NCBI GenBank assembly: GCA_964628515.1
Contig: CAZVNZ010000010.1
Coordinates: 22,190-86,189 of the forward strand
Reading direction: 5' to 3'
Source of the DNA: an uncultured Christensenellaceae bacterium
GTDB taxonomy: Bacteria; Bacillota; Clostridia; Christensenellales; Christensenellaceae
DNA: 64,000 nt
A model generated the notes under the pieces. That model was not told where the DNA came from, made no database searches, and was given only the letters and a program-made list of their open reading frames with translations. Shown here piece by piece: positions 45,493 through 55,143 of this stretch. The position numbers and the translations under genes are program-made. Within the stretch, counting starts at the first letter, position 1, and every line of letters begins with the position of its first letter.

Positions 45493-45597
45493 GAACAGCG
45501 GACAAGGTTATTAAACCGCAAGCACCAAAAATCGGTGCTTTTCGTTGTTGGGTTTTATCCTAACCCAACACACTTTACGCTTAATAATCTACTCTGT
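45493..45597 (-). promoter_or_regulatory. THF (tetrahydrofolate) riboswitch
   Basis: The minus-strand sequence is ACAGAGTAGATTATTAAGCGTAAAGTGTGTTGGG...CCCAACAACGAAAAGCACCGATTTTTGGTGCTTGCGGTTTAATAACCTTGTCCGCTGT. It reproduces the conserved THF-riboswitch blocks in order: GAGUAG, GCGUUAAGUG, ACAACGAA, GCGGU-AAU and a closing CCGCUC-like strand pairing with the 5' ACAGAG. It sits between a TTATTA/TACTAT promoter and the folT RBS aagagagg. Confidence 0.75.
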
Positions 45598-45719
45598 ACC
45601 TTTATAGTATTTTGTCAAAAGTTATGTAATAACTTTTGGTATAAAATGTACATATAGCTACATTAATTCTGTTCGCAAAGCGAACAACATAAATCAAGTT
45701 GCTATATTAATTTGGGGGA

Positions 45720-45908
45720 TTAGCCCTCTACCTTTTCGTCCTCGCCAAAATATAGGCTGTCCTTTTCCTGCTTGCATTTTTCGCATTTATAGGCGCAAGC
45801 CTCGCTTTTGCAAAAGCAAACACCGTCTAAATAATATAAATCAGTTCCGCATTCCGGACAAAAAGCGCTACAATCAACTCTCATTCCTGTTTTTGTTATG
45901 TTTTCCAT
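45720..45908 (-). CDS. small zinc-ribbon protein (four CxxC-type pairs)
   Basis: 62 aa: MENITKTGMRVDCSAFCPECGTDLYYLDGVCFCKSEACAYKCEKCKQEKDSLYFGEDEKVEG. RBS aaggagg. Confidence 0.5.
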   Translation of the reverse strand: MENITKTGMRVDCSAFCPECGTDLYYLDGVCFCKSEACAYKCEKCKQEKDSLYFGEDEKVEG

Positions 45909-45930
45909 GGTAACCTCCTTAGGTTCAGCT

Positions 45931-47073
45931 TTATTTATGATTATGTCTTGCCATTCGGCTTAACGTAATTTTTTCCGTTTTTACAGGTTTTTTTTCTTCT
46001 ATTGGCGATGTTGTTTCAACATCCTTTTTTAAAGGATCAACATCATTAGTTTTTATTATGGGTGATGAGTTAATATCACCATCGCTTGTTGGGGCAGATT
46101 GGGTGTCTGACATAGTTTCTTTGGGTTTTACATCCTTATCAGCCTTTTGCACCTCTGCAACAGGGGTAGCCGTTTTAGTTTTCGCAACTTCCGAGGCAGT
46201 ATCTATATTTGTTTTGGTAGTGGGTAAATCGGGTAAAACTTCTTTAGTTTCTTTGGTGGCAAAGCCACCAACAGCAACCGTAGCTACCTGCATATCCCCT
46301 TCCTTTGTGGTATTGTTTAAAGTAGTTTTACTTGCGAAATCACCATCACCATTAGGGTTAAAAGTGGAAAGCTCAGGGGCTTTTGCATCTTTTTTGATTG
46401 GTGCTGTTTTATTTTTTGCCGTAAATTCCTGCTTAGTTGGGGCTTTAGCATAAACAGCACGGTTTTTATAGTTGCTGACTTGCAAAATAATGCCCGAAAC
46501 GCAAAAGGCAATTAGGGGGATTATCATAGTAAGTAAAGGCAATTCGGATAAATATTGTATTGTGGAAGATTGTCTCATGGAGTTTTCAAAGGTGCTAAAT
46601 AAGTACAGCAAAGAAACTGTAAGTAGCACTCCGCCTGTAATTGCCGTAATAACCGCCGCCGCATAAGGTCTGAAAACGTAAGTTACTATACCAAAGGCAA
46701 TAAAAAGGGATATACCGATTATAAATACAAATAAAGGTAAAATTTTGTAGTCTGAGTTAAAGAAAAGCTGAAACATAAAGGTAAGCACCAAGCCTACCGT
46801 GCCTCCCGTGCAAAACAATTTAAATGCTTTATTTGCACTACATATTATAGTAAGAAGAATAATAATGCCTATGGCAATGTAAAAATACATATCTAGTATG
46901 GCGGTTGTCGTAAAAAGTGGAAGTAAAGTTATGTTTACAAAAAAGAGTAAAGAAAAAAATAAAACTATGGGAGTAGCATATTTATAATGTTTATATCCGC
47001 CAAAGCAAAATAAAGCTCCGAAAATCAACATAACAACAAGTATAATTATAAATATTAAGTCAGATAAGGTCAT
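45931..47073 (-). CDS. membrane protein with about 6 N-terminal TM helices and a long T/K/P/D-rich low-complexity extracytoplasmic tail
   Basis: 380 aa. The hydrophobic first 200 aa are followed by ...TKQEFTAKNKTAPIKKDAKAPELSTFNPNGDGDF...KTKTATPVAEVQKADKDVKPKE... I recognise no catalytic motifs. Confidence 0.5.
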   Translation of the reverse strand: MTLSDLIFIIILVVMLIFGALFCFGGYKHYKYATPIVLFFSLLFFVNITLLPLFTTTAILDMYFYIAIGIIILLTIICSANKAFKLFCTGGTVGLVLTFMFQLFFNSDYKILPLFVFIIGISLFIAFGIVTYVFRPYAAAVITAITGGVLLTVSLLYLFSTFENSMRQSSTIQYLSELPLLTMIIPLIAFCVSGIILQVSNYKNRAVYAKAPTKQEFTAKNKTAPIKKDAKAPELSTFNPNGDGDFASKTTLNNTTKEGDMQVATVAVGGFATKETKEVLPDLPTTKTNIDTASEVAKTKTATPVAEVQKADKDVKPKETMSDTQSAPTSDGDINSSPIIKTNDVDPLKKDVETTSPIEEKKPVKTEKITLSRMARHNHK

Positions 47074-47257
47074 TGCTTTTACCTCGTAAAATTCACTCTT
47101 TTAATAAATTATAAACAATACTAAACCAAAATACAACAAAATACTTCAAAAACAGTTAAAAAAAAATATAATTGTACTTTATATATTAAAAAATATGTGA
47201 TATACTACATTTAAAAAATTATGAACTTTCTATTAATAAACTTTAAGGAGAATTGTT

Positions 47258-48604
47258 ATGCGTGACTGTCTTACCTTTTCGGGAGGCGTACATCCGCTAC
47301 ATTCAATCGGCGAGGGCAAAATTTTTACACAAGAATTGCCTGTTGAAGTCATGAACCCGCCGGAAATTGTAAAAATCCCATTATCTCAACACATAGGTGC
47401 GCCTGCAAAAGAGATTGTACAAGTAGGCGATTATGTAAAAAAAGGACAAAAAATCGGTGAAGCAAACGGTTTTGTGTCCGTTTCAGTGCATGCAAGCGTG
47501 TCGGGCGAGGTTATAGAGATTACCAATATTTTGGGGTTGAGCGGAAAGCCTATTCGGGCAATAGTAATTAAAAACGATTTTAAAGAAGAAGAAGCTTACG
47601 GAGAAAAATACGACTACAAAAGCTTAGACAAAGACAAAATCGTAGATATTATTAAGGATGCCGGTATTGTGGGTATGGGAGGTGCAACCTTTCCCACACA
47701 TGTTAAAATCTCTCCGCCACCGGATAAAAAAATCGATACCTTAATTATTAACGGTGCGGAATGCGAGCCCTTTTTAACCGCAGACCACAGGCTAATGTTA
47801 GAAAAGCCGGAAAAAATTGTGCTGGGTATACAGGCAATTATGAAGGTTTTGCGTGTAAGCCAAGCATTTATCGGTATTGAAAACAACAAACCGGATGCTA
47901 TTGAAGTTATGCGCAAGGCAATTCCCGATAAAAGCATTTTGGTTGCGGAAATTATGACAAAATATCCGCAAGGCTCTGAAAAACAGCTAATTGATGCGCT
48001 AACGGGCAGAGTAGTACCCTCGGGTGCGCTCCCTATGGATGTTGGAGTGGTGGTTTCAAACGTTGCCTCCGCCGCCGCCATTGCAGATGCGCTACTTTTA
48101 GGCAAACCTCTAATAGAGCGTATTGTAACGGTAAGCGGAGCGGTAAAAACTCCTGCAAACTTGCTGGTTAGAATAGGTACATCCACTCAGGCGGTTATAG
48201 ACTACTTAAACGGCTTTGATGGAGAACCACGAAAGCTGATTTCGGGAGGTCCTATGATGGGGCTACCCATTCCGAGTCTTGAGTGCGTTGTTACAAAAGG
48301 CAGCTCCGGCATACTGGTGTTAGACGACAAATACACCAAAAAAGAAGTTGAAGGCAACTGCATAAAATGCGGAAAATGTGCGGATGTATGCCCTATAAAA
48401 CTATCACCATTCTTAATATCCGCAAGTGCAGAGTTTGAAGATTTTGAAAAGGCGGATAGCTATTTTGCAATAGATTGTATGAGTTGCGGAAGTTGCAGCT
48501 ACACATGCCCTGCCAAAAAACCCATTGCGCAAAATATAAAATTTGCCAAAGATATGATTTTGCTTAACAGAATAAAAGAAAAACAAAAAAAGGAAAGTGA
48601 ATAA
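47258..48604 (+). CDS. rnfC: Rnf electron transport complex subunit C (NADH-binding, 2x[4Fe-4S])
   Basis: 448 aa. The RnfC signature MGGATFPTHVK is present, with two CxxCxxCxxxCP ferredoxin motifs (CIKCGKCADVCP; CMSCGSCSYTCP). Confidence 0.9.
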   Translation: MRDCLTFSGGVHPLHSIGEGKIFTQELPVEVMNPPEIVKIPLSQHIGAPAKEIVQVGDYVKKGQKIGEANGFVSVSVHASVSGEVIEITNILGLSGKPIRAIVIKNDFKEEEAYGEKYDYKSLDKDKIVDIIKDAGIVGMGGATFPTHVKISPPPDKKIDTLIINGAECEPFLTADHRLMLEKPEKIVLGIQAIMKVLRVSQAFIGIENNKPDAIEVMRKAIPDKSILVAEIMTKYPQGSEKQLIDALTGRVVPSGALPMDVGVVVSNVASAAAIADALLLGKPLIERIVTVSGAVKTPANLLVRIGTSTQAVIDYLNGFDGEPRKLISGGPMMGLPIPSLECVVTKGSSGILVLDDKYTKKEVEGNCIKCGKCADVCPIKLSPFLISASAEFEDFEKADSYFAIDCMSCGSCSYTCPAKKPIAQNIKFAKDMILLNRIKEKQKKESE

Positions 48605-48605
48605 T

Positions 48606-49559
48606 ATGCAAGAGAAATTAATACTTTCAGGTTCGCCCCATATTAAATCTCAGCTTACAACAGCTAAGATTATGGGTGACGTAGTTATTGCTCTAATACC
48701 TGCCTGCATAGCCGCCGTATATTTTTTCGGCATAAGTTCTTTGTTAATTATTGCATTATGTGTGGCAAGCGCAGTAGGATGCGAATGGGCAATACAACGT
48801 TTTACAAAACAAAAGGTAACGATAAACGATTTATCGGCGGTGGTAACAGGTGTACTGCTTGCCCTAAATTTACCTCCAAACGCACCGTGGTATATTCCGG
48901 TGTTTGGTAGTGCTTTTGCTATTATTATAGTAAAACAATGCTTTGGCGGTTTAGGTAATAACTTTATGAATCCGGCTTTAGCCGCTCGTTGCTTTTTGCT
49001 TATCTCTTTCCCCGTTGCTATGACAACCTTTTTTACTCCGTTTTTTGGGGTGGATGCGGTTGCAAGCGCAACACCCTTAGCGGCCTTTAAAGCCGGAGCG
49101 GAAGTACCCGGCATTGCAGATTTATTTTTAGGTAATGTTGGTGGTTCTATCGGGGAAACAAGTGCACTTGCGTTAATAATAGGCGGTGTGTATCTCCTTA
49201 TTAAAAAGGTAATTAAAATTACAATACCCTTATCCTATATGGCTACGGTTGCTGTTTTTGCCCTATGCACCGGCGGTGGGTTGCAATCGGTTGGTTTCCA
49301 TTTATTTGCCGGAGGTTTAATGCTTGGAGCATGGTTTATGGCAACAGATTACGTATCCTCTCCTCAAAATACCGTTGCACAAATAATATTTGGTGTAGGT
49401 TGCGGCGTTATTACAATGGTAGTACGTACTTGGGGCGGATATCCGGAAGGCGTTTCCTTCTCCATTCTCTTTATGAATCTGCTGACACCATTACTTAACA
49501 GAAAGTTTAGACGAAAGGTGTTTGGCGAGGTTAAGGAAGTAAAGGGGGAATCGGTATGA
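48606..49559 (+). CDS. rnfD: Rnf complex subunit D (FMN-binding membrane subunit, NqrB-like)
   Basis: Polytopic membrane protein. The start ATG 48606 follows RBS aaaggaaag, whereas the track GTG 48597 overlaps the rnfC stop. Confidence 0.85.
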   Translation: MQEKLILSGSPHIKSQLTTAKIMGDVVIALIPACIAAVYFFGISSLLIIALCVASAVGCEWAIQRFTKQKVTINDLSAVVTGVLLALNLPPNAPWYIPVFGSAFAIIIVKQCFGGLGNNFMNPALAARCFLLISFPVAMTTFFTPFFGVDAVASATPLAAFKAGAEVPGIADLFLGNVGGSIGETSALALIIGGVYLLIKKVIKITIPLSYMATVAVFALCTGGGLQSVGFHLFAGGLMLGAWFMATDYVSSPQNTVAQIIFGVGCGVITMVVRTWGGYPEGVSFSILFMNLLTPLLNRKFRRKVFGEVKEVKGESV

Positions 49560-50140
49560 AAAACGAAAATGTAAAAGACATTTTAAATCTTACATTAAGA
49601 TTATTAATAATTACCGTAGCCGCCGGATTAATTTTAGGGCTTGTGTACACAATAACCAAAGACCCTATAATTGATCAAGAGCTTAAAAAAGCAACCTTAG
49701 CAAGACAAGCGGTATTACCTGTGGCAAAGGATTTCGAGCAGTTAGAAATAAGTGATGCCCAGGGCAAATACCTCATCATAAAGGATGTATATAAAGGCTT
49801 AGACGGAAGTAATACGGTAGGCTATACGGCTGCCATTGCAACCAAAGGCTTTAGCCCTAACTTTAACATCACCGTAGGATTAAGTGCGGAAGGCAAAGTT
49901 ACAGGGGTAAGTATAGGCTCTCACGAGGAAACTCCCGGTCTTGGCGCAAATGCCACAAAAGAGGAGTACACAGGGCAGTATATAGACGGTACAACCCCCT
50001 TTAGCGTAGCAAAAACACCCACGGGTGCGGATAACGAAATTATAGCACTTACAGGTGCCACCATTACCTCTAAAGCGGTAACGGACGCCGTAAATACTGT
50101 GGGCGAATACTTTAACGAATTTTTAACGGGAGGTGTGTAA
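49556..50140 (+). CDS. rnfG: Rnf complex subunit G (FMN-binding, NqrC-like)
   Basis: 194 aa with an N-terminal TM. The FMN attachment region is ...SIGSHEETPGLG... and GATITS. Confidence 0.85.
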   Translation: MKNENVKDILNLTLRLLIITVAAGLILGLVYTITKDPIIDQELKKATLARQAVLPVAKDFEQLEISDAQGKYLIIKDVYKGLDGSNTVGYTAAIATKGFSPNFNITVGLSAEGKVTGVSIGSHEETPGLGANATKEEYTGQYIDGTTPFSVAKTPTGADNEIIALTGATITSKAVTDAVNTVGEYFNEFLTGGV

Positions 50141-50141
50141 T

Positions 50142-50804
50142 ATGGGAAAAAGTGATATGAAAGGTATTTTCGTAAACGGCATATTTAACGAAAATCCGAT
50201 TTTTAGATTGGTACTTGGAATGTGCCCCACCATTGCTGTTACAACCTCTTTAACAAATGCGGTAGGTATGGGCGGTGCGGCAACATTCGTGCTTATATGC
50301 TCTAACGTGCTTATTGCACTACTAAGAAACTTTATACCGGCAAAGGTAAGAATACCCTGCTACATAGTGGTTATTGCCATGTTTGTAACGGTGGTGCAAC
50401 TAATGCTTAAAGCATTTTTGCCGGAGTTGGATCAATCCTTGGGTATATTTATACCCTTAATAGTGGTAAACTGCATAATACTTGGCAGAGCGGAAGCCTT
50501 TGCATCCAAAAACAGCGTACTGCCCGCAGCGGTAGACGGAATTGGCATGGGCGTAGGTTTTACCTTAGCGTTGATGCTGGTTGCCTTTGTAAGAGAGCTG
50601 TTAGGTAGCGGTGCATTATTCGGAGTAAGCGTATTTGGTGCGGATTACCCTCAAGTGCTACTGTTTATACTGGCTCCCGGCGGTTTCTTAACCCTTGGGT
50701 TATTGCTTGCATTAATCAACCAAATTGTAAGCGGAAAAAAACCGTCTTTAAAACTATTTAAGAAAAATACGCAGGACGTAGTTAAAGAGGAGGTACATAA
50801 TTAA
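50142..50804 (+). CDS. rnfE: Rnf complex subunit E (NqrD-like)
   Basis: Start ATG 50142 (RBS gggaggtg). Six-TM NqrDE/RnfAE family protein. Confidence 0.85.
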   Translation: MGKSDMKGIFVNGIFNENPIFRLVLGMCPTIAVTTSLTNAVGMGGAATFVLICSNVLIALLRNFIPAKVRIPCYIVVIAMFVTVVQLMLKAFLPELDQSLGIFIPLIVVNCIILGRAEAFASKNSVLPAAVDGIGMGVGFTLALMLVAFVRELLGSGALFGVSVFGADYPQVLLFILAPGGFLTLGLLLALINQIVSGKKPSLKLFKKNTQDVVKEEVHN

Positions 50805-51388
50805 TGGAAGCGTTTGTAAAAATTCTTGCAATATTGCTAAGTTCTATATTGGTTAATAACTATGTACTCTCTAAATTTTTAGGTATCTGCCCCTTCTTAG
50901 GTGTTTCTAAAAAGGTAGAAACGGCGGTAGGCATGGGCATGGCGGTAACCTTTGTTATGGCGATGGCATCCCTTATTACCTATCTTGTGCAATATTTCAT
51001 ATTAGTGCCCTTGCAGGTAGAATATCTGCAAACATTAGCCTTTATTTTGGTAATTGCCGCTCTTGTTCAACTTGTGGAGATGATACTGCAAAAAACAAGC
51101 CCCGGACTATACCAAAGCTTAGGTGTGTACTTGCCCCTAATTACCACAAACTGTGCAGTTTTGGGTGTGGCACTCATTAATATTACAGACCAACTGACGT
51201 TGGTGGAATCTCTTGTAAACGGCGTGGGTGCCGCTATTGGCTTTACCATTGCAATAGTTCTCTTTGCAGGTATCAGAGAGCGTTTAGAGATTTCAAGAAT
51301 ACCAAAGCCCTTTCAGGGATTTCCCATTGCGCTTGTTACAGCATCTTTGATGAGCATAGCTTTTATGGGATTTTCCGGATTAATTTAA
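50804..51388 (+). CDS. rnfA: Rnf complex subunit A (NqrE-like)
   Basis: 194-aa six-TM protein of the NqrDE/RnfAE family. The ATG overlaps the rnfE stop (TAATGG). Confidence 0.85.
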   Translation: MEAFVKILAILLSSILVNNYVLSKFLGICPFLGVSKKVETAVGMGMAVTFVMAMASLITYLVQYFILVPLQVEYLQTLAFILVIAALVQLVEMILQKTSPGLYQSLGVYLPLITTNCAVLGVALINITDQLTLVESLVNGVGAAIGFTIAIVLFAGIRERLEISRIPKPFQGFPIALVTASLMSIAFMGFSGLI

Positions 51389-51406
51389 TTAGAGAGGAGT
51401 AAGCTA

Positions 51407-52798
51407 ATGCCTATTGTTTGGTCAATAATTGTACTTGGTGGACTGGGCGCAGTCTTTGGTATTATACTCGGAGTTGCGTCAAAAAAGTTTGCCGTTAAGG
51501 TAGATGAGCGTGTAAGCGCTGTAAGAGATTTACTGCCCGGCGCAAATTGCGGAGGTTGTGGTTTTCCCGGTTGCGACGGTTTTGCAAATACTCTTGTGGC
51601 AGGTAAAGCGGAAATTACCACCTGTGCGGTGCTAAATGCCGATTCCGCAAAGCAAATTGCGGAGGTTTTGGGGGTAAGTGCAGGGGATGTTAAGCCCAAA
51701 GTAGCACGTATTATGTGCCTTGGAAGCAACGGAAATTGTCAGGATAAATTTATTTACGACGGCGCACAAGATTGCAGAGCCGCTTATGCTATTGCAAGCG
51801 GATTTAGAAATTGCAGATTTTCCTGTTTGGGTCTTGGTACTTGTGCAAAGGTGTGTAAATTTGGCGCAATAAAAATGGGAGACCATGGAATCGCCGCCAT
51901 AGACGAGGACAAATGCACAGGTTGTGGCAGATGCGTAGAGCAATGCCCTCAAATTTCCATTGCAATACAAGATAAAGAAATAAATGTTTATGCCGCTTGC
52001 ACAAATGTAGATAAAGGCAAGGCGGTTACAACGGTGTGCAGTGCAGGTTGTATTGGTTGCGCAAAATGCCAAAGAACTTGTCCTTTTGAGGCTATTACCA
52101 TGGATAGAGGACTACCCATAATAGACTACACAAAATGCCGTCAATGTAAAATGTGCGTTGACGCTTGTCCTCGTATGTGTATTGTTACAACAAAACCGGA
52201 TAAGGTAGCTCATGTAATAGAAGAAAATTGTATAGGTTGCGGACTTTGCAAAAAAGCTTGTGCTTTTGAGGCAATAGAAGGTGAGCTAAAACAAAAGCAC
52301 GTTGTAAACAAAGCTAAATGCAGAGGTTGCGGTTTGTGCTTTGAAAAATGCAAGAAAAAAGCAATCGAATTTAAAGTTACAGGCAAGCATGTAAAAAGCG
52401 AAAAACCTCCCACAGTAGCCAAAACGGCTAAAGCAGGAGAGGAGCAGGCAACACCCAAAGCAAAAACTTCACCCACAGCAAGTGCTGTTAAAGAGGAAGT
52501 AGGGGAAGTTGCCAAAAAACCGGAGCAGGCGGAGCAAGCCGTAAAAGCCCAAGCAGAAACGGCAAAGGTCCAAGCCACTCAAGAGGTAAAAGAGGAAGTA
52601 GCGGAAGTAAAAGCGAAAGCAACTAAAGCCACCCAAGAGGTTAAAGAGGCAGCCACGGAAGTAAAAGGGCAAGCACCAAAACCGGCACCTAAAACAGCCA
52701 AAAAACCCACGGCAAAACCTAAAGCCCCAACATCACCAAAAGGAGAGGCAAAAAAGCCTGTGGCAAAACCTAAAGAAGACACAAATAAACCGGACTAA
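51407..52798 (+). CDS. rnfB: Rnf complex subunit B (polyferredoxin) with extra 4Fe-4S modules and a roughly 140-aa K/A/E/T/P-rich repetitive C-terminal tail
   Basis: 463 aa. N-terminal membrane anchor and RnfB cysteine cluster LPGANCGGCGFPGCDGFA. There are at least six CxxCxxCxxxCP motifs. The C-terminus is ...KAQAETAKVQATQEVKEEVAEVKAKATKATQEVKEAATEVKGQAPKPAPKTAKKPTAKPKAP... Confidence 0.85.
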   Translation: MPIVWSIIVLGGLGAVFGIILGVASKKFAVKVDERVSAVRDLLPGANCGGCGFPGCDGFANTLVAGKAEITTCAVLNADSAKQIAEVLGVSAGDVKPKVARIMCLGSNGNCQDKFIYDGAQDCRAAYAIASGFRNCRFSCLGLGTCAKVCKFGAIKMGDHGIAAIDEDKCTGCGRCVEQCPQISIAIQDKEINVYAACTNVDKGKAVTTVCSAGCIGCAKCQRTCPFEAITMDRGLPIIDYTKCRQCKMCVDACPRMCIVTTKPDKVAHVIEENCIGCGLCKKACAFEAIEGELKQKHVVNKAKCRGCGLCFEKCKKKAIEFKVTGKHVKSEKPPTVAKTAKAGEEQATPKAKTSPTASAVKEEVGEVAKKPEQAEQAVKAQAETAKVQATQEVKEEVAEVKAKATKATQEVKEAATEVKGQAPKPAPKTAKKPTAKPKAPTSPKGEAKKPVAKPKEDTNKPD

Positions 52799-52970
52799 AT
52801 ACCTAAGGGCTATTAGCAAAAAGGTGTTTAACCAAACAAATATTTGGGTAGTAATAGTGCATAAGAAGCTAATTGCGCTATTACTGCCTATATACTGTTA
52901 AACTCATTGTTAGGCATATCATTAAAGCAAAGCAACCAAAAATCAGTAAGTTAAAAGAAGGTGAAAATAA

Positions 52971-53528
52971 TTGTTAATATTAGCATCGGCATCTCCAAGA
53001 AGAGAGGAATTGCTAAAGTTTATTACCACGGATTTTAAAGTGCAAAAAAGCAACGTGGCGGAAGACATAGAGGCAAAGGACGCAAAAGACCTTGTTTTAA
53101 TACTAAGCAAGGCTAAAGCCCAGGATGTTTACAGCAAAAACACAGGCGCTACCGTAATAGGTGCGGACACGGTGGTGGAAATAAAAGGCAAAATTTTGGG
53201 CAAACCCAAAGACGAAAAAGAGGCGGAAAATATGCTTTTTATGCTTTCGGGATGCAAACATATGGTACACACAGGCATTTGCATAATCAACAAAGAAAAT
53301 ATAATAAACGAGGTGATTACCACCGAGGTATTTTTTAATCATATGTCAAACAGCGACATTAAAGAATACTTAGCCAGCGAGAAATATTTGGATATGGCAG
53401 GGGCTTACGCAATTCAAAAAGGAGCATCTAAATTTGTGGAAAAAATAAACGGTTGTTTTTTTAATGTAATGGGACTTCCCGTATCTAAAATCTATAACAT
53501 CTTGCAAATGTTACAAAAAGTTCACTAA
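52971..53528 (+). CDS. maf: Maf-like nucleoside triphosphate pyrophosphatase (septum formation protein Maf)
   Basis: 185 aa, TTG start after gaaggtga. The N-terminus LILASASPRRELL is the Maf signature. Confidence 0.85.
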   Translation: MLILASASPRREELLKFITTDFKVQKSNVAEDIEAKDAKDLVLILSKAKAQDVYSKNTGATVIGADTVVEIKGKILGKPKDEKEAENMLFMLSGCKHMVHTGICIINKENIINEVITTEVFFNHMSNSDIKEYLASEKYLDMAGAYAIQKGASKFVEKINGCFFNVMGLPVSKIYNILQMLQKVH

Positions 53529-53585
53529 ATTTGTTACAAAAAATCAAGATTTATGATATAATTCATTGTATATATCTATGAAAGG

Positions 53586-54608
53586 ATGTGTGCAGTGAAT
53601 TTTTTTCGTAATAAGCCATTAATTATAACAATCATCATTGTTGCGGTACTTATATTTCTAATGGCGTCCGGCACAAACGGCAGTACGATTACCCAAGTTA
53701 CATCTGCTGTGGCAGGGCCTTTTGTCCCATTACAACAGCTTTTATACAACGTTTCCAAAAATACGGGAGACTTTTTTGACAGAGCCTTTAACACAGGGAG
53801 TTCCTCTCAGGAAATTGAAAGGCTTAAAAAGCAATTAGACGATTTAAGGCTGGAGTACGCAAATTATAACGAAATTAAGGCAGAAAATGATCGTCTTTCA
53901 AAGATGTTAGACTACAAACAAAAAAATACAACCGCCGAGTTTAGGGTGGCGCAAATAATAGGTAAAGATACAGGTAACTGGTTTAACGCTTTTACCATAA
54001 ATTTAGGCTACAACGACGGCGTTAGGGAAAATATGGCGGTAATAACCCCCGATGGTTTGGTGGGGAGGGTTTCTCAGGCAGGAATGTTTTCCTCCAAAGT
54101 TATTGCCATAATAGATGGAAGGAGCGGCGCTTCTGCCATTGTGGAGCGCACAAGAGATGTAGGCGTGGTTAAGGGCTCTATGGGTAACGACAACGCAAAC
54201 GCCCTGCTTTCTATGAGCTTTTTGCCCATAGACACGGATATTACGGATGGTGATAAAGTGCTAAGCTCGGGGCTTGACGGCATTTTTCCAAAAGGAGTGC
54301 TTATAGGCACGGTTAAAACCGCAAAGGATGGCAGTACCGGCAAAAACATTACAATTAAGCCGGCGGTGGATTTTTCTAAGTTAGAGGAAGTGCTGGTGGT
54401 AATGCCCGGGGATAATGCAGATGCTCTGAGTGCCACGGGGAGTACCACAGACGGAGCCAATCAAGAGGCAGAAGGCGATATTTTAACAACAGAGGGAAGT
54501 ATTGTGCAACAAACCACCCAACCCACGCAACCCTCAGCATCACCATCACAAACCCCTACGCAAACGCAGGAGCAGTCCCCCCAACCCACGCAGGAGGAAG
54601 GTAATTGA
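53586..54608 (+). CDS. mreC: rod shape-determining protein MreC (with S/T/Q/P-rich C-terminal tail)
   Basis: 340 aa with N-terminal TM and coiled coil EIERLKKQLDDLRLEYANYNEIKAENDRLSKML. Beta-rich domain with ...ITPDGLVGRV...GIFPKGVLIG... Confidence 0.85.
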   Translation: MCAVNFFRNKPLIITIIIVAVLIFLMASGTNGSTITQVTSAVAGPFVPLQQLLYNVSKNTGDFFDRAFNTGSSSQEIERLKKQLDDLRLEYANYNEIKAENDRLSKMLDYKQKNTTAEFRVAQIIGKDTGNWFNAFTINLGYNDGVRENMAVITPDGLVGRVSQAGMFSSKVIAIIDGRSGASAIVERTRDVGVVKGSMGNDNANALLSMSFLPIDTDITDGDKVLSSGLDGIFPKGVLIGTVKTAKDGSTGKNITIKPAVDFSKLEEVLVVMPGDNADALSATGSTTDGANQEAEGDILTTEGSIVQQTTQPTQPSASPSQTPTQTQEQSPQPTQEEGN

Positions 54609-55123
54609 GAGTAGTCGTACTTGTGCTTATTGGTATTATAAGCAGTATTTTATCGGGTACTGTGCTTAAAGGCAACTATATGGTAGGCTTGCAAGCGGAT
54701 ATTATTCTAATTATTGCTCTATCATTATCCCTTATAGAAAAGGATACTACCGGCATTATTTTTGGGGCGGGTGCAGGCTTGCTTACAGATATTATGTTTG
54801 GCACGGTTATTGGCTTAAATGCCATTAGTATAACCATTGTAACGGCGCTATGCTACGCATTTTTCAGAAACAGACAAAGGCTTAACCTACTGTTTCTTGC
54901 TATAATAGGAATGGGGGGTTATATACTAAAAGAGCTTATAGTGGCACTTATTGTGTATATGATGGGAGGCAGATTCGATATTGTTTTTATGATGTACAGA
55001 TACATATTGTTTTCCGCACTTCTAAGCGGAATACTGATGTACTTACTTTACGGACTGCTAACCTTACTGTATAAAAACAGTTGGATGAAGAAAAAACAAA
55101 CTCACTTATTCGACGATTTTTAA
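54605..55123 (+). CDS. mreD: rod shape-determining protein MreD
   Basis: 172 aa with 5 TM helices. It overlaps the mreC stop (ATGA). Confidence 0.75.
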   Translation: MRVVVLVLIGIISSILSGTVLKGNYMVGLQADIILIIALSLSLIEKDTTGIIFGAGAGLLTDIMFGTVIGLNAISITIVTALCYAFFRNRQRLNLLFLAIIGMGGYILKELIVALIVYMMGGRFDIVFMMYRYILFSALLSGILMYLLYGLLTLLYKNSWMKKKQTHLFDDF

Positions 55124-55143
55124 GGATTTAAACAGAGGACAAA

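Noticed and set aside
47614-48186. 190-aa minus-strand ORF inside rnfC, and similar antisense ORFs inside rnfD, rnfB, the PBP and flotillin genes
   Set aside because: They are antisense to strongly supported conserved genes. Their Ser/Ala/Pro-rich translations are typical of antisense frames.
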